Source: Erysipelotrichaceae bacterium
Lineage (GTDB): Bacteria > Bacillota_I > Bacilli_A > RFN20 > CAG-826
Direction: 5' to 3'
NCBI GenBank assembly: GCA_015058945.1
Contig: SVBF01000012.1
Coordinates: 1,763 to 65,762 of the forward strand
DNA: 64,000 nt
How positions within the stretch are numbered: position 1 is the stretch's first letter; the number at the start of each line of letters is the position of its first letter. Made by a program: the position numbers and the translations under genes. Positions 35,401 through 44,834 of this stretch are shown in pieces. The notes beneath the pieces are model-generated. The model ran no database searches. It was not told where the DNA came from and was given only the letters and a program-made list of their open reading frames with translations.

Positions 35401-35702
35401 CCATCGCCAAATACAATGCGAAGGATTTCAGCAACTACTACATTAATGGCGTGGCGTCTGATGTTAATGTGTATAAATCAGGGGATCTTACTTGTGTGTC
35501 CTTAAGTTTGACACAAGGATCAACAACCTTGGCAGTACATATGTTTTCATTCCTTGCATACGAACATCCAGACCTAGAAGCATTGGCTTATCAAATGAAA
35601 AACGGAGACACTGTCGTTCTTTTAACCAGTGTGGCGAGATATGGTGCAAATTACAGTCTTGATAACACGGAAGGGATAATCTCAGTCACCGAACCGGCTT
35701 AA
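32430..35702 (+). CDS. Collagen-like surface lipoprotein with a beta-rich middle region and Ig-like (Big_2) domains
   Basis: Lipobox LAAC, long Gly-X-Y tracts, [19 protein letters not shown] Big_2 motif. Confidence 0.85.
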   Translation: MKKIKTAVIALLSTLALAACGTGEQGPQGIPGPAGSQGPVGPQGEQGTQGTQGTQGEQGPQGTQGTQGTQGEQGPQGEQGSQGPQGEPGPQGPQGEQGSQGPQGEKGDKGDKGDKGDKGDQGEPGADGADGEDGAQGEKGDKGDTGPQGPQGETGPQGEQGADGTSVLTGTGAPSNDLGNVGDTYINTANWDFYVKGENGWGDPVGNIKGAQGEQGETGPQGPQGEQGQQGAQGSQGEQGSQGAQGEKGDKGDAGAQGPQGAQGETGPQGPQGEKGADGTSMRTGSGAPSDELGNVGDSYIDISNWNIYVKGENGWGDPVGNIKGADGAQGEAGPQGPQGEQGSQGAQGEKGEQGEPGKSMIGFFVETISQLEAASKVENAYIIMMDTIVVDRDFTLDISDKEINGRFRVEEGHTFSIVGDGTLFADDTSPLIDNKGTLSIGELGEDGPTLKMVSKDDSKSLGYNSSLITSGNETGFTPNTYTAEFSLFSGSLLGGKNSVENKADSEAYIKGGELKHTANTSGTAALLNLGDALISGGEVLSSNHTGLKCGDYTVDTVSYGGSAVVKGGFIKGSSATTNLSADDHSAISLQGGTYGYTDTAYIGKYVADGYTLSKGANFVEARHPTSEDYLLYYAKSNVINHPGTYSVAYSDETERNNAVNYYLNEQPFGGDMQGVFCCLQNGQTVKLAHGESSIAINEAVLNGKSFIIDLNGQTVGDHEYSSALAYSAPLNLSAADATVTIIGNGQVLNNTIEGESEPGTFINVAANVTLNVEGGSYAQDPSTYVNPLTHHVDFNNDTQLYDVLAGGMESISFNQDSYALVLNGEDVSFTVIDNRSILREATVTSGDESVVTIVDGKLHAVALGEATITASFDFAGEHFEAQAGVIVKEPLRSLSIEGDEERTAYKNNQIQLVPVLSPDEKYVLDPTLTWTSSNTGFATVDSEGKVTIKGDNGSVTITVTNEATGLSDSVTFNVPRHGTVAEDPLTFSEAIAKYNAKDFSNYYINGVASDVNVYKSGDLTCVSLSLTQGSTTLAVHMFSFLAYEHPDLEALAYQMKNGDTVVLLTSVARYGANYSLDNTEGIISVTEPA
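32492..33503 (+). repeat. Collagen Gly-X-Y repeats interrupted by two copies of a ~48-aa spacer domain
   Basis: GPQ/GEQ/GDK triplets; spacer copies start at 32916 and 33261 and share [17 protein letters not shown]. Confidence 0.9.
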
Positions 35703-35968
35703 AGTTCATAAATCAAGCGTTGCAGCGCGTTAGGCAATCCTGAGGGATCCTTGAGTGATAACCACCCTGACGCAGCGCAAAGACAAACACGCCCTCCAAG
35801 CAAACATGCAAGGAGGGCTTTGTTTATGAGGAATTTGACACGCAGACCTAATTTGGAATGGCTGCGGTCAACGTCTCCTTGATGGAAGCACCCCGGACTA
35901 TGACAAATAACTGGTTGGGGCAAAAAAGCGCCCGACGTTGGTCGAGCGCCTAACGACTTGAATGTGGG

Positions 35969-38900
35969 TTAGTTTTGGGAATACAACCCAGCGAGCATGC
36001 CCATGTAGTGCGTACCCGCAGCGGCTTTGATGTAGACGTTCATGAAGTCGCCAGAGGCAAGCTTCGCCGCAAGCGTGGTTTCATCGGCGGCATCCAATTC
36101 CGCGACGGTATAGGCCTTGTTTTCGTCTTTGGTGTAACCCTTGCTGGAGTCGGTGGGGTCGTTCCAGGTGACGGGGTTATACATCGGATTGTTGCCGATG
36201 GAGTTGTGGGCGACCAAGTAGTTCACGTTATAGGCGTATCCCGCATAGGTCGCGTCATGCTTATAAGGCGCAAAGCCGTGGGAGGTGAGCGAAACGCCGT
36301 TATCATAGGCGGGGAAGGTGGCGCCGTGTCCACCGGCGGAAGATTCAAAGAACATCGCCTGGGAGACGCTGGCGGCCTCGAGGCCGGTAAAGAGGTCGCG
36401 ATAGTTCGCCCATAACGCAGTGCTATCCCTAAAGGCGGTCATATCCAAGTTGCCGTTGCGCAGAGTATTGTCACTGTTGTTGATGGTCATTCCGCCTTCG
36501 AGGGCACGTCCACGGACGGTGTCGTCGCCGGAAGTGCGGTTGCCGACGGAGTTGTTCATCGGAGAAGTGCCATTCATGCTTAGGGCAATGCAGTTGACAT
36601 AGGGGACATTATCGATGACCTTGACCGGGACTTTGTGTTCGCCTTTGGCAGCCGCGTTTTGCGCGAGCCAGCCTTCACCGGTCGCGGCTTGCGTCAGCAT
36701 GGCGAAGATCGCTGCCGCGCCATGGTGATAGAACCAAGGTTCAGTGCCTTTGACAAGGTTTTCAAAGAAGCAGTTTTCGGTCTTCACGTCGGCGACGAAT
36801 TTCGGTTGTTCCACGTCGTTTCGATACGCATAGCAGGCGTGGTGCTCGTCCAATAAGGCGATCGCGCCGCCAGCGCCGGTCATGTAGGAGTTGCTGATGT
36901 GGTTGTCTTCCGTGCCGTAGATATAGATCATCGAGTTATTCGAATCGAAGCTCTTGCAACGGTCGATGTTCATGGTTGTCTGCTCGTTTTGGTCCGTGGT
37001 GTGGGCTTGTGACATGAAGGTCATGAACGTGTTGTAGGAGATGATGTTTTGGAAATTGGCTTCCGTCGCCTGAATCTTGAAGGACATCAAACCACCCATT
37101 TCATCATCGTTGTTGCTGCGGCCACCATTGCCGATGAGGGTGAGGTTACGCATGTCGCAGACGCCGCCGTTGCTTTGGAGGACGTGATCGGTGTTGAAGC
37201 CGAACATGACGCCATGGCTACCGTCCTCGCCTTGATAATCCTGGAGACGATGCTCGCCATCTCCGGTGCCGTAATTGGTGATGGCGCTGCTATTGCCCGT
37301 GCCGAAGAAATAAACCTTCGAGACTTCACGGGAATCAATGACATGGTAGTTACCTTCGATGGCGAGCTCGTCGTTTTCTAGCGTGGAGCGGCCATAGCAG
37401 GTGAGGTCGTCGATCATCGAGTTGGCGAGGAGTTCGGCGCCCTCGGCAACGGTGATTTGTTCGACGCCACTGCGAGCGTTTTTCGCCGCAAGCCACGCCA
37501 TGAAGTCGTCGTTGTGGTTCTTGATGTATTCGTCGACGACCGCCTCAGTGTAGAAGTAGGAGGTGGGGAGGTCATCGTCGGTGATGATGATATCGTCCTG
37601 GATGAGGATGCGGCTAGGCGAATAGTTTTCCGCTAGGCCCATCGATGCGCGAAGCGCGGTCCAAGGATCGGCGTTGGACTCGTCGGAGTGGCGGATATTG
37701 CGGTTATCGAAGAGACAGAGCTCCGCGGCTTTATAGACGTTATAGCCGTCGACCGCCTCGAACTCGAATTGGACCGGGTTGGCACTGACGCCGGCACCAT
37801 ACTTGCTCTTGTCGCCGCTGATGGTGAAGCGGAACGTGTTGCCAACGGCGGCCTCTTTCAACTGCAACTTGCCATTGCCAAAGGTAAGGTAGTTGCCGAT
37901 GTCCGTGCTCGCCACCGCTTCGTATCCGGTGCCGACTTTCTTTTCCAGGCTATAGACGATGCGAGGGTTCTTCGTGGGGTTTTCGTCCATCGTCTCGTCG
38001 TCGTACGTCGTGCCGACGAGCTCGATATTGAAGGGGTTGTCGTCGCCGATTTTGAGCACGTCGACGCCGCCACTCTTGTTTTTGTAATAGGTGTTGCGAT
38101 CGGAGTCTTCGCCGGAAGTGATATTCCCAACCTCATCGAGCTTTTGGAGCCTGGTGTTGCGCTCGACGAGGAAATCGGCGACCAATCCGGTGAGTTCGAT
38201 GTCGTCGAGGACGTCATTGCTGACGGTGACGGAGATATAGGCCGAGGCGCCGCCGTCTTTAGAAGAGCAAACGATGGTGCAGGTGCCTTTCTTGTTGAGG
38301 GCGGTGATGCGGCCTTGGTCGCTGACGGAAGCGATGGAAGGATCGGTGCTGCTCCAAATGACGGAGGAATCATCCGCGTTATCGGGGGTGACGACGGCTT
38401 GGATATCGACGTATTCGCCCGAGGTGAGGTTGAGCTTGTCGACCTGGACGTTGTCCTTATCCAATAAGGTGATGCTTTGGACGCGGACGAGTTCGCGGAC
38501 GGAAAGATCCACGGTGGCCTTCACATCGGGGTAGGCGACGGAAGAGGCGGTGACGGTCGCATTGCCTGGGCCGACGGCGATCACCAAACCGGTGAGCGAA
38601 TCGACGCGGACGACGTTGGTGTCGGAAGAGGAGAACTGGACGTCTCTATTGGTCGCGTTTTCTGGCAAGGCCGTGGCGGTTAGCTGCAATTCGTCACCGA
38701 GGATCATCGAACGCTTTTTCTCCTCGACTTCCATGGTCACGGAAGTGACGGGGACTACCGCGGTGCCGACGGTGATGGGGAGGACCGCGTAGGCGGAGCC
38801 GCCGTCATTGGAACGGACGAACAAAGTCGCCGTGCCTTCGGCGGTGGCGGTGATGGTCGCGCCTTCTTCGGTCACCTCAAGGGTGACGGGCTGAACCTCA

Positions 38901-39556
38901 TCTTTGCCTTTGGGGGCCAACGACCAGGACAAGTAGGGGTTATCCGCATCTACGGGGAGGATTGAGGCGGTGACGTTCTCCTTCTGGCCGACGACGAGGT
39001 TTAGGCTCGTCGCGGACAAAGCGATGGACTCGATGAGTTTGGTTTCCTTGACGTTGAGGACGAGGGTCGCGAACTTCAAGGGGTTATCGAGCGATTGAGC
39101 GGTGATGGTGCAAACGCCTTCTTTTAAGGTGCGCACGACGCCGTTTTGGGAGACGGTCGCGACGGTGTTGTCGCTGGAAGCCCAGGACAAGGCCTTGTTT
39201 TCGGCTTCCGCGGGCAAGACGGTGGGGTTCAACTCGATGATCTCGCCGACTTTCGCGTCGCGGGAGGTCGTGGCAAAAGCGACGGAGCTCACGTGGATGG
39301 CTTCGGGGACGGAAGAGGAGGCGGGGACTTCCTGCGAACTCGGCTCGGAACTAGTCGTAGGAGCTTCCGAGCTGGTTTGGGATGGCTGTTCGGAACTTGG
39401 CTGCTCCGAGCTGGTCTGCGCGGGCTGTTCCGCAGAGGACGTGGCCTCGGGGGTAGATGGTTGGGTCGACGAGGCGACGGGGTTCACCTGTACGTTGCAA
39501 GCGGCAAGCCCAGCGAGCAATAAGGCGGACAAGGGGGCAAATAGAGTTTTCTTCAT
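35969..39556 (-). CDS. Large lipoprotein with four Big_2 Ig-like domains and a C-terminal beta-helix-like region
   Basis: Lipobox LAAC, S/E/P-rich linker, repeated V.P.DA.N..V.WSS.D..VA.V motifs; AAGGAG RBS. Confidence 0.85.
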   Translation of the reverse strand: MKKTLFAPLSALLLAGLAACNVQVNPVASSTQPSTPEATSSAEQPAQTSSEQPSSEQPSQTSSEAPTTSSEPSSQEVPASSSVPEAIHVSSVAFATTSRDAKVGEIIELNPTVLPAEAENKALSWASSDNTVATVSQNGVVRTLKEGVCTITAQSLDNPLKFATLVLNVKETKLIESIALSATSLNLVVGQKENVTASILPVDADNPYLSWSLAPKGKDEVQPVTLEVTEEGATITATAEGTATLFVRSNDGGSAYAVLPITVGTAVVPVTSVTMEVEEKKRSMILGDELQLTATALPENATNRDVQFSSSDTNVVRVDSLTGLVIAVGPGNATVTASSVAYPDVKATVDLSVRELVRVQSITLLDKDNVQVDKLNLTSGEYVDIQAVVTPDNADDSSVIWSSTDPSIASVSDQGRITALNKKGTCTIVCSSKDGGASAYISVTVSNDVLDDIELTGLVADFLVERNTRLQKLDEVGNITSGEDSDRNTYYKNKSGGVDVLKIGDDNPFNIELVGTTYDDETMDENPTKNPRIVYSLEKKVGTGYEAVASTDIGNYLTFGNGKLQLKEAAVGNTFRFTISGDKSKYGAGVSANPVQFEFEAVDGYNVYKAAELCLFDNRNIRHSDESNADPWTALRASMGLAENYSPSRILIQDDIIITDDDLPTSYFYTEAVVDEYIKNHNDDFMAWLAAKNARSGVEQITVAEGAELLANSMIDDLTCYGRSTLENDELAIEGNYHVIDSREVSKVYFFGTGNSSAITNYGTGDGEHRLQDYQGEDGSHGVMFGFNTDHVLQSNGGVCDMRNLTLIGNGGRSNNDDEMGGLMSFKIQATEANFQNIISYNTFMTFMSQAHTTDQNEQTTMNIDRCKSFDSNNSMIYIYGTEDNHISNSYMTGAGGAIALLDEHHACYAYRNDVEQPKFVADVKTENCFFENLVKGTEPWFYHHGAAAIFAMLTQAATGEGWLAQNAAAKGEHKVPVKVIDNVPYVNCIALSMNGTSPMNNSVGNRTSGDDTVRGRALEGGMTINNSDNTLRNGNLDMTAFRDSTALWANYRDLFTGLEAASVSQAMFFESSAGGHGATFPAYDNGVSLTSHGFAPYKHDATYAGYAYNVNYLVAHNSIGNNPMYNPVTWNDPTDSSKGYTKDENKAYTVAELDAADETTLAAKLASGDFMNVYIKAAAGTHYMGMLAGLYSQN

Positions 39557-39579
39557 TAGGTTCTCCTTCCTATTTATTA

Positions 39580-40179
39580 TCAAGATTGTTTGTAACCGCG
39601 GACCATGAAGCGGACGCGGCAGCTCACCTGGGAATTGTCGGTGGGCAGGATGGTGACGATGAAGGTGTTGAGGTTTTCGGTGCGCTGCTTGAACTCGAGC
39701 ACGCCGAGTTCGTTGATCGAGACGGTATCGACCTGGGAACCCGCGGAATCGGTGAGGGAGTAACGGAGGTTCTTCTTGGTCGCGTTATCCGGCAAGGCGT
39801 AGGCCCCGAGGTCAAAGTGCATCGGACCGTATTTCCACGAGGGGGAATCGCACACGGTGTTGAAGTCGCGGATCTGGACGACGTAATCGAAGCGCAACTT
39901 GTCGGTGAGGTTCCAAATGATGGTGTCGGTCTTTCCCGTTTCGGGGTCTATGTCTTCGTCGTTCGGCCTTGTGTATAGAGTATAGACACTTTGGGCGATG
40001 CTGGACCCTTCCGGGTAGGAAAGATGTTCCCCTTTGCCCAAATTCTCCGCCTCCTTAAGGACGATCTGGGTCACGAGTATCGTTTCATTGGCGATTTCCG
40101 CCTGGGCGCCGAGGAAGGCAACGAAGATGATCGCGACGAAATAGACGATGCCCACGAAGATGAAGGTGATCTTTTTCAT
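39580..40179 (-). CDS. Membrane-anchored hypothetical protein with a degenerate Ig-like motif
   Basis: N-terminal TM helix, ALPDNATKKNLRYS motif; part of the operon. Confidence 0.7.
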   Translation of the reverse strand: MKKITFIFVGIVYFVAIIFVAFLGAQAEIANETILVTQIVLKEAENLGKGEHLSYPEGSSIAQSVYTLYTRPNDEDIDPETGKTDTIIWNLTDKLRFDYVVQIRDFNTVCDSPSWKYGPMHFDLGAYALPDNATKKNLRYSLTDSAGSQVDTVSINELGVLEFKQRTENLNTFIVTILPTDNSQVSCRVRFMVRGYKQS

Positions 40180-42218
40180 CGGTCTCCCCTCCCTTCATAG
40201 GTGGACGTTCCATAGGCGCGCACCTTTTGGACAAATAGGACGAGGCGCGCGAGGAAGAACAAGGCGCAGGCGACGAGCAGGTGCCCATAGGCGTAGATGG
40301 GCGATTGGCTGGTAAAGAGGAAGAGCAGCCCGGTGAAGGCGGCGGAGAGGATGAAGGCGAGTACCGCCGATTTTGCCTCATTGGGATTGATGGTGGCGGA
40401 ACCGACCTCGCTATAAAGGTTGACCTGAGGGTTCATGTAGTCCATCTCCGCCGACCAGAGCAAATGGCCGAGGAAGAGGAAATAGACCCCAAAGAAGAGC
40501 AAGTCCATGCGGACGTATTCCATGGAACAATGGTTGGCGTAGACGACGATGGCGCCGATGACGGAGAGCGTCATGAGGGCAAAGCGCAGGAAGAGTTTGC
40601 TCCCTAAGGCGAAGCCGAAGGAGGTGGGGTTGGCGCGCAATAGGTACGCCGTCTTCCCTTCGCGGGAGAAGATGGAGGCCAACGACACATTCGTCGCGAG
40701 CAGGATCAACGTGATGACCAAGGCGTTGAACAAGATGGTGTAACGCTGGCCGGCGAAAGACTTCTTCATCGCCTCGAAGATGACATTGAGGATGAGGGTC
40801 GCGACGCTTGGGGTGACGAGCAATAAATAGTTCCCGATCAAGGCGTCGCCCGAGCGCGTGTCGTTGACGATTTCGCGCCACAAAAAGGAAACAAAGCCGG
40901 GTTTTACGCGGTTTTTCTTGCCGGTGTGGGCCAAACAATAGCAACGGATCTTTTTGGATTCGCGCTCGATCGCGGTCAGCCTAAAGGAACCATATTCCTC
41001 ACGGAAGCCGAAGAAGGGGCCCTCGGGGAGAGTGTCCGTTAAGGTAAAGGCTTCGCCGTGGCAAAGCTCGTTTAGGGCGGCGCAGATCGCTTTGGGGTCT
41101 TGGTGATTGAGGTGCATCGTCTCGATGGTCTCGGCGAGGCTGCATAGCCTTACAAAACCATAGGCGTTCGCCTCTTTGGCGGTGATGTAGCTATGCGGCA
41201 ATGAATCGAGTTCGTTAAGGGGGCGATGGAATTCGTGACGGATGTTGGGCTTATCGAATTCGAACGATTTGCTCGCCATGCGGAAATAAAGCGGCTTGGT
41301 GATGAAATAGGCCAAGACGAATAAGGCGGCCACGATGCCGATGACGCTTAAGGAGATATAGGCGGTGGAGGAGGTGAAGACCGTCATCAAGGCGGGGTTA
41401 TCCGCGCCGGTGCCGGTATAGCCGACGGCGAGGTGGCTTAGGAAGATCAGCGGATAGAGGGCATGCTGGAAGGAACGGCAGAACTCGTTGATGGCCGGGA
41501 AATAGACCGTCGACCATTTCGCCGCGATCTGCAAGTCGGCGGGGACGTTCCCCGTGATGACGAATAAGAACACCGTCGCCGCGATGAGGACGGCAAGGAT
41601 CAACAAGGAACGGATCAAGGGTTTTTTCTTGATGAGCGTCTTCACGTAGAGGAAGGGAATGGAGAGGACCGAGGATAGCGCGACGGGGATCAAGGACAGA
41701 ATCAAGATGACGAACAAGGTCCACGGATAGAAGACGATGGGCATGCCGCTTGCGATGCCAAAGGAGAGGAGCCAGGGCAATAAGCTGAAAGCGCTGCGGA
41801 CGAGCTCGCCCACATAGAAGACGATGAGCTTGGAGAAATAGACGTGGTTACTCGGGACGGGGTAGGTCAAAAGCACTGGGTTATCCGCGGAGAAATAAAG
41901 CGAATCGGTGGTCATGTTGAGACAGGCGAAGAAATTGAGCAGCAACAACGTGAAGAAGACGACGTTCCACATCGGCATGGGCAGATAGCCGCCAGAGCCG
42001 AGGACGCCAATCATCGCGAGAAGCTTCAGCACGATGACGAAGACAGCCGTCAAGGCGACGACGCCAAGGACGGCGAAAAGCAGTTTCGTCAGCGCGCCCT
42101 TCTTATCCGCCTTGAAGGAAAAGGACAGGCTCTCTTTGAGCTGCATGGCGACGAGGGTCTTCATGCCGCCGAAGAAGTTTTTGATCGCGCCTTTATTTGT
42201 CACCGACGTCCTCCCCAA
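40176..42218 (-). CDS. ABC-2-type permease (large, multi-TM)
   Basis: Many TM segments, LYFSADNPVLLTYPV, SIFSREGK motifs; follows the ABC ATPase. Confidence 0.8.
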   Translation of the reverse strand: MGRTSVTNKGAIKNFFGGMKTLVAMQLKESLSFSFKADKKGALTKLLFAVLGVVALTAVFVIVLKLLAMIGVLGSGGYLPMPMWNVVFFTLLLLNFFACLNMTTDSLYFSADNPVLLTYPVPSNHVYFSKLIVFYVGELVRSAFSLLPWLLSFGIASGMPIVFYPWTLFVILILSLIPVALSSVLSIPFLYVKTLIKKKPLIRSLLILAVLIAATVFLFVITGNVPADLQIAAKWSTVYFPAINEFCRSFQHALYPLIFLSHLAVGYTGTGADNPALMTVFTSSTAYISLSVIGIVAALFVLAYFITKPLYFRMASKSFEFDKPNIRHEFHRPLNELDSLPHSYITAKEANAYGFVRLCSLAETIETMHLNHQDPKAICAALNELCHGEAFTLTDTLPEGPFFGFREEYGSFRLTAIERESKKIRCYCLAHTGKKNRVKPGFVSFLWREIVNDTRSGDALIGNYLLLVTPSVATLILNVIFEAMKKSFAGQRYTILFNALVITLILLATNVSLASIFSREGKTAYLLRANPTSFGFALGSKLFLRFALMTLSVIGAIVVYANHCSMEYVRMDLLFFGVYFLFLGHLLWSAEMDYMNPQVNLYSEVGSATINPNEAKSAVLAFILSAAFTGLLFLFTSQSPIYAYGHLLVACALFFLARLVLFVQKVRAYGTSTYEGRGDR

Positions 42219-44499
42219 TCAACGACATATAGAATTTTTCGAGGCCTTCCGGATGGTTCTTCTGAACCTCTTCCATGGACCCTTCGTAAACGATCTTGCC
42301 CTGACGGATGACGGCGATGCGGGTGCAGAGGCGCTCCACCACGTCGATGATGTGCGACGAGAAGAAGACGACGTTGCCCGCCTTGGCGTGGGCGACCATG
42401 GTCTGTTTGACCTGGAAGATGGACTGGGGGTCCAAACCGGTCAATGGTTCGTCGAGGATCCAGATCTTCGGGTCGTGGACCAAGGCGGCGATGATGGCCA
42501 TCTTCTGCTTCATGCCATGGCTATAGGTCTGCATCTTGGCGTCGAAGGCACCGGTAAGCTCGAAAAGTTCGACGTAATGGGCGATGCGCTTATCGCGGTC
42601 TTCTTTGCTCACGTGGTACAAATCGGCGACGTAATTGATGTATTCGCGACCCGTGAGTTTCTCATATAGGGCGTAATGGTCGGGGACGTAGCCGATGCGC
42701 ATCTTCGCCTCGACGGGTTGTTCGGTGATGTCATAGCCGCAGATGGAGATGCTGCCGCTAGTTACGGGCTGGATGCCGATCGCGGTCTTGATGCAGGTGG
42801 ATTTGCCGGCGCCGTTGGGGCCGAGGAAGCCGAAGATCTCCCCACCTTTGACGGAGAGATTCACGTCGTCTGCGGATAGTTTTGCGGAGGAGAGGTAGCG
42901 CTTGCTGAAATGGACGAAGTCGATGCGTGGTTCTGTGGTTTGTGGTTCCTTTGCGAGGTCTTTCATCTTTTGTTGCTCCTTCCAAGTCAAGTGATGTGCC
43001 CGGGCGATTTTGTAACGGGCGTGGGTGTCCAAATGGGCGTCTTCGATGCGGAAGAATAAGGAATAGACGAACCACATCAAGAAGGCGATGAGGACATAGC
43101 CGACGAAGAATAGGCTCTGATATAGGGGATAGAAGGTGATGATGTTGCCGCCGGCTTCGAACTGCAACTTGATGTTGAGCATCTTCTTCGCATCGTTGCC
43201 GAGGATACCCAAGATGTAGTCGTTGTTGAGGAAGAGGTAGTCGGTGCCGGTACCCGGGACGTTCGGGTTATATCCGGGGACGAGTGGGGATAAGAAGCCA
43301 TTCGCCACCATCATCGCGACGAAGTAGAGCGAGAAGAAGAGCAAAGAGTAGCCCATCTCCTTCATCTTCGGACGCGGGAAGATGCCTAGCGTCACGGCGA
43401 TTAAGGGCATGAATAACGCGGCCCAGTGGTTGTACCAGAAGAGCAACACGTCGGGGTCGAGGAAGTTCTGGATGTCGCCGTTATTGGGCCAGAGCATGGC
43501 CATCAAGGCGCCGTAGACGTTGATAAAGTAGGTGAAATAGAAGAGCCTCTTCCACTTGAAACCGAGGCATAACGGCACGACGAATAATGCCGTGTGGCAG
43601 AGGTGGATGGGCAGACGGGTGACGATGATTTGGTAATTGGAACTCGGTGGGAAGATACCCTCAAAGCCATAACGGCCAAAGAAGGCTGAGATCGCCCCAA
43701 AGCTCACGACGAGCAGCATGGCGCGCCGCGCGTTTTCCTCGTCGTTGCGGAGGAGGAAATACAAAAAGACGTAATAGACGATCCCGACGTAGATATAGAG
43801 GCGGTGGATGAAGGAGAAGTCGACGGCGCGCCAGGAGTTTTGGACTTGACCGAGGATTTGGAAGTCGGTGGGGATGAGGATGCCTCCGCTTGCGATAGGC
43901 AAAAACGCTAGCGTCGCCATAAGGAAATAGCCAAGGCCAAAGAGGACGTCGCGGCGGGATGGCTTGTAGGATTCACGCCACTGATCCACGGCCAAGAAAA
44001 GGCTTAGACCAAAGGACACGCCAAGGGTAAGGCTCAACAAAATGGATTTATAGCCCAAGCCCAGTTCACCGAGGAAACCGTAATGGAGATTCGGGCACGT
44101 CAAGGCGATCAACGCCAAGTTCGGCAAGGCAATGCACCCGTTGATGAATTTTCCGCGCCTTGAGGGAAGAAGCGATTGGAAAAGCGCCAGGGCGACGCTA
44201 GGCAGGAACAACAAGATGGAGAAATAGGCGAAGAAGTTCCCGGCCTTGTTTTCCCCATAGGGTACGCCGACGAGCAACAAGTTTCCGACGTTTGGGTCCA
44301 TTTGCCCCGCGCGGAGGAAAGTGGTGGTCATCGCGATGGGGCAAAAGAAAAGCAGCGCGAAGAAGAGGGCGAGGCATGTTCCCCCGGCGCAGCGGGCGTA
44401 GATCCGTTTAAAGCGTTCGACCCATGGTTTGTCCTTAAAGGCAAAGCGCATCAAAAAGAACGGAGCGAACGCGAGTAGCCCTCCGCCAAGAGTGATCAA
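42193..44499 (-). CDS. YwaF/TMEM164-like membrane domain fused to an ABC ATPase
   Basis: RLPIHLCH, FWYNH, DYLFL membrane motifs; C-terminal GPNGAGKS, YSHGMKQK, LDEPLTGLDP. Confidence 0.82.
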   Translation of the reverse strand: MITLGGGLLAFAPFFLMRFAFKDKPWVERFKRIYARCAGGTCLALFFALLFFCPIAMTTTFLRAGQMDPNVGNLLLVGVPYGENKAGNFFAYFSILLFLPSVALALFQSLLPSRRGKFINGCIALPNLALIALTCPNLHYGFLGELGLGYKSILLSLTLGVSFGLSLFLAVDQWRESYKPSRRDVLFGLGYFLMATLAFLPIASGGILIPTDFQILGQVQNSWRAVDFSFIHRLYIYVGIVYYVFLYFLLRNDEENARRAMLLVVSFGAISAFFGRYGFEGIFPPSSNYQIIVTRLPIHLCHTALFVVPLCLGFKWKRLFYFTYFINVYGALMAMLWPNNGDIQNFLDPDVLLFWYNHWAALFMPLIAVTLGIFPRPKMKEMGYSLLFFSLYFVAMMVANGFLSPLVPGYNPNVPGTGTDYLFLNNDYILGILGNDAKKMLNIKLQFEAGGNIITFYPLYQSLFFVGYVLIAFLMWFVYSLFFRIEDAHLDTHARYKIARAHHLTWKEQQKMKDLAKEPQTTEPRIDFVHFSKRYLSSAKLSADDVNLSVKGGEIFGFLGPNGAGKSTCIKTAIGIQPVTSGSISICGYDITEQPVEAKMRIGYVPDHYALYEKLTGREYINYVADLYHVSKEDRDKRIAHYVELFELTGAFDAKMQTYSHGMKQKMAIIAALVHDPKIWILDEPLTGLDPQSIFQVKQTMVAHAKAGNVVFFSSHIIDVVERLCTRIAVIRQGKIVYEGSMEEVQKNHPEGLEKFYMSLIGEDVGDK

Positions 44500-44834
44500 A
44501 TAAATCGAAACTTCCTTAATGTGGGAAACCCCCAGACGTCCCTAATTATATGCAGGGCGCGCGAAAAAACATTCAGATGCCATGATTTTTTACGAGACGA
44601 AAGGCCAAAAGCGCTATGCTAAGTGGCGTTGTTTTGGTAAATCGCCCCCTCTTAGCAAATGCACTTTTCGCTCTCGTCCATTTGGCAAACAGTGAAATAC
44701 ATATAAAAACAAAGGCTTTGGGTCGTGACGAACGCCCGATAAACGGGATAGATAAGCCGTGTTTGAGAAAAAATCCGAAGCAATTGCTGATATTTTTGTC
44801 TCTAAAAACGGCGTCCTATGTTATAAAAAATAAC

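Noticed and set aside
35703-35968. Hairpin-rich interval between convergent surface-protein genes as a possible sRNA
   Set aside because: Largely explained by two opposed terminators; no clear promoter or tetraloop enrichment.
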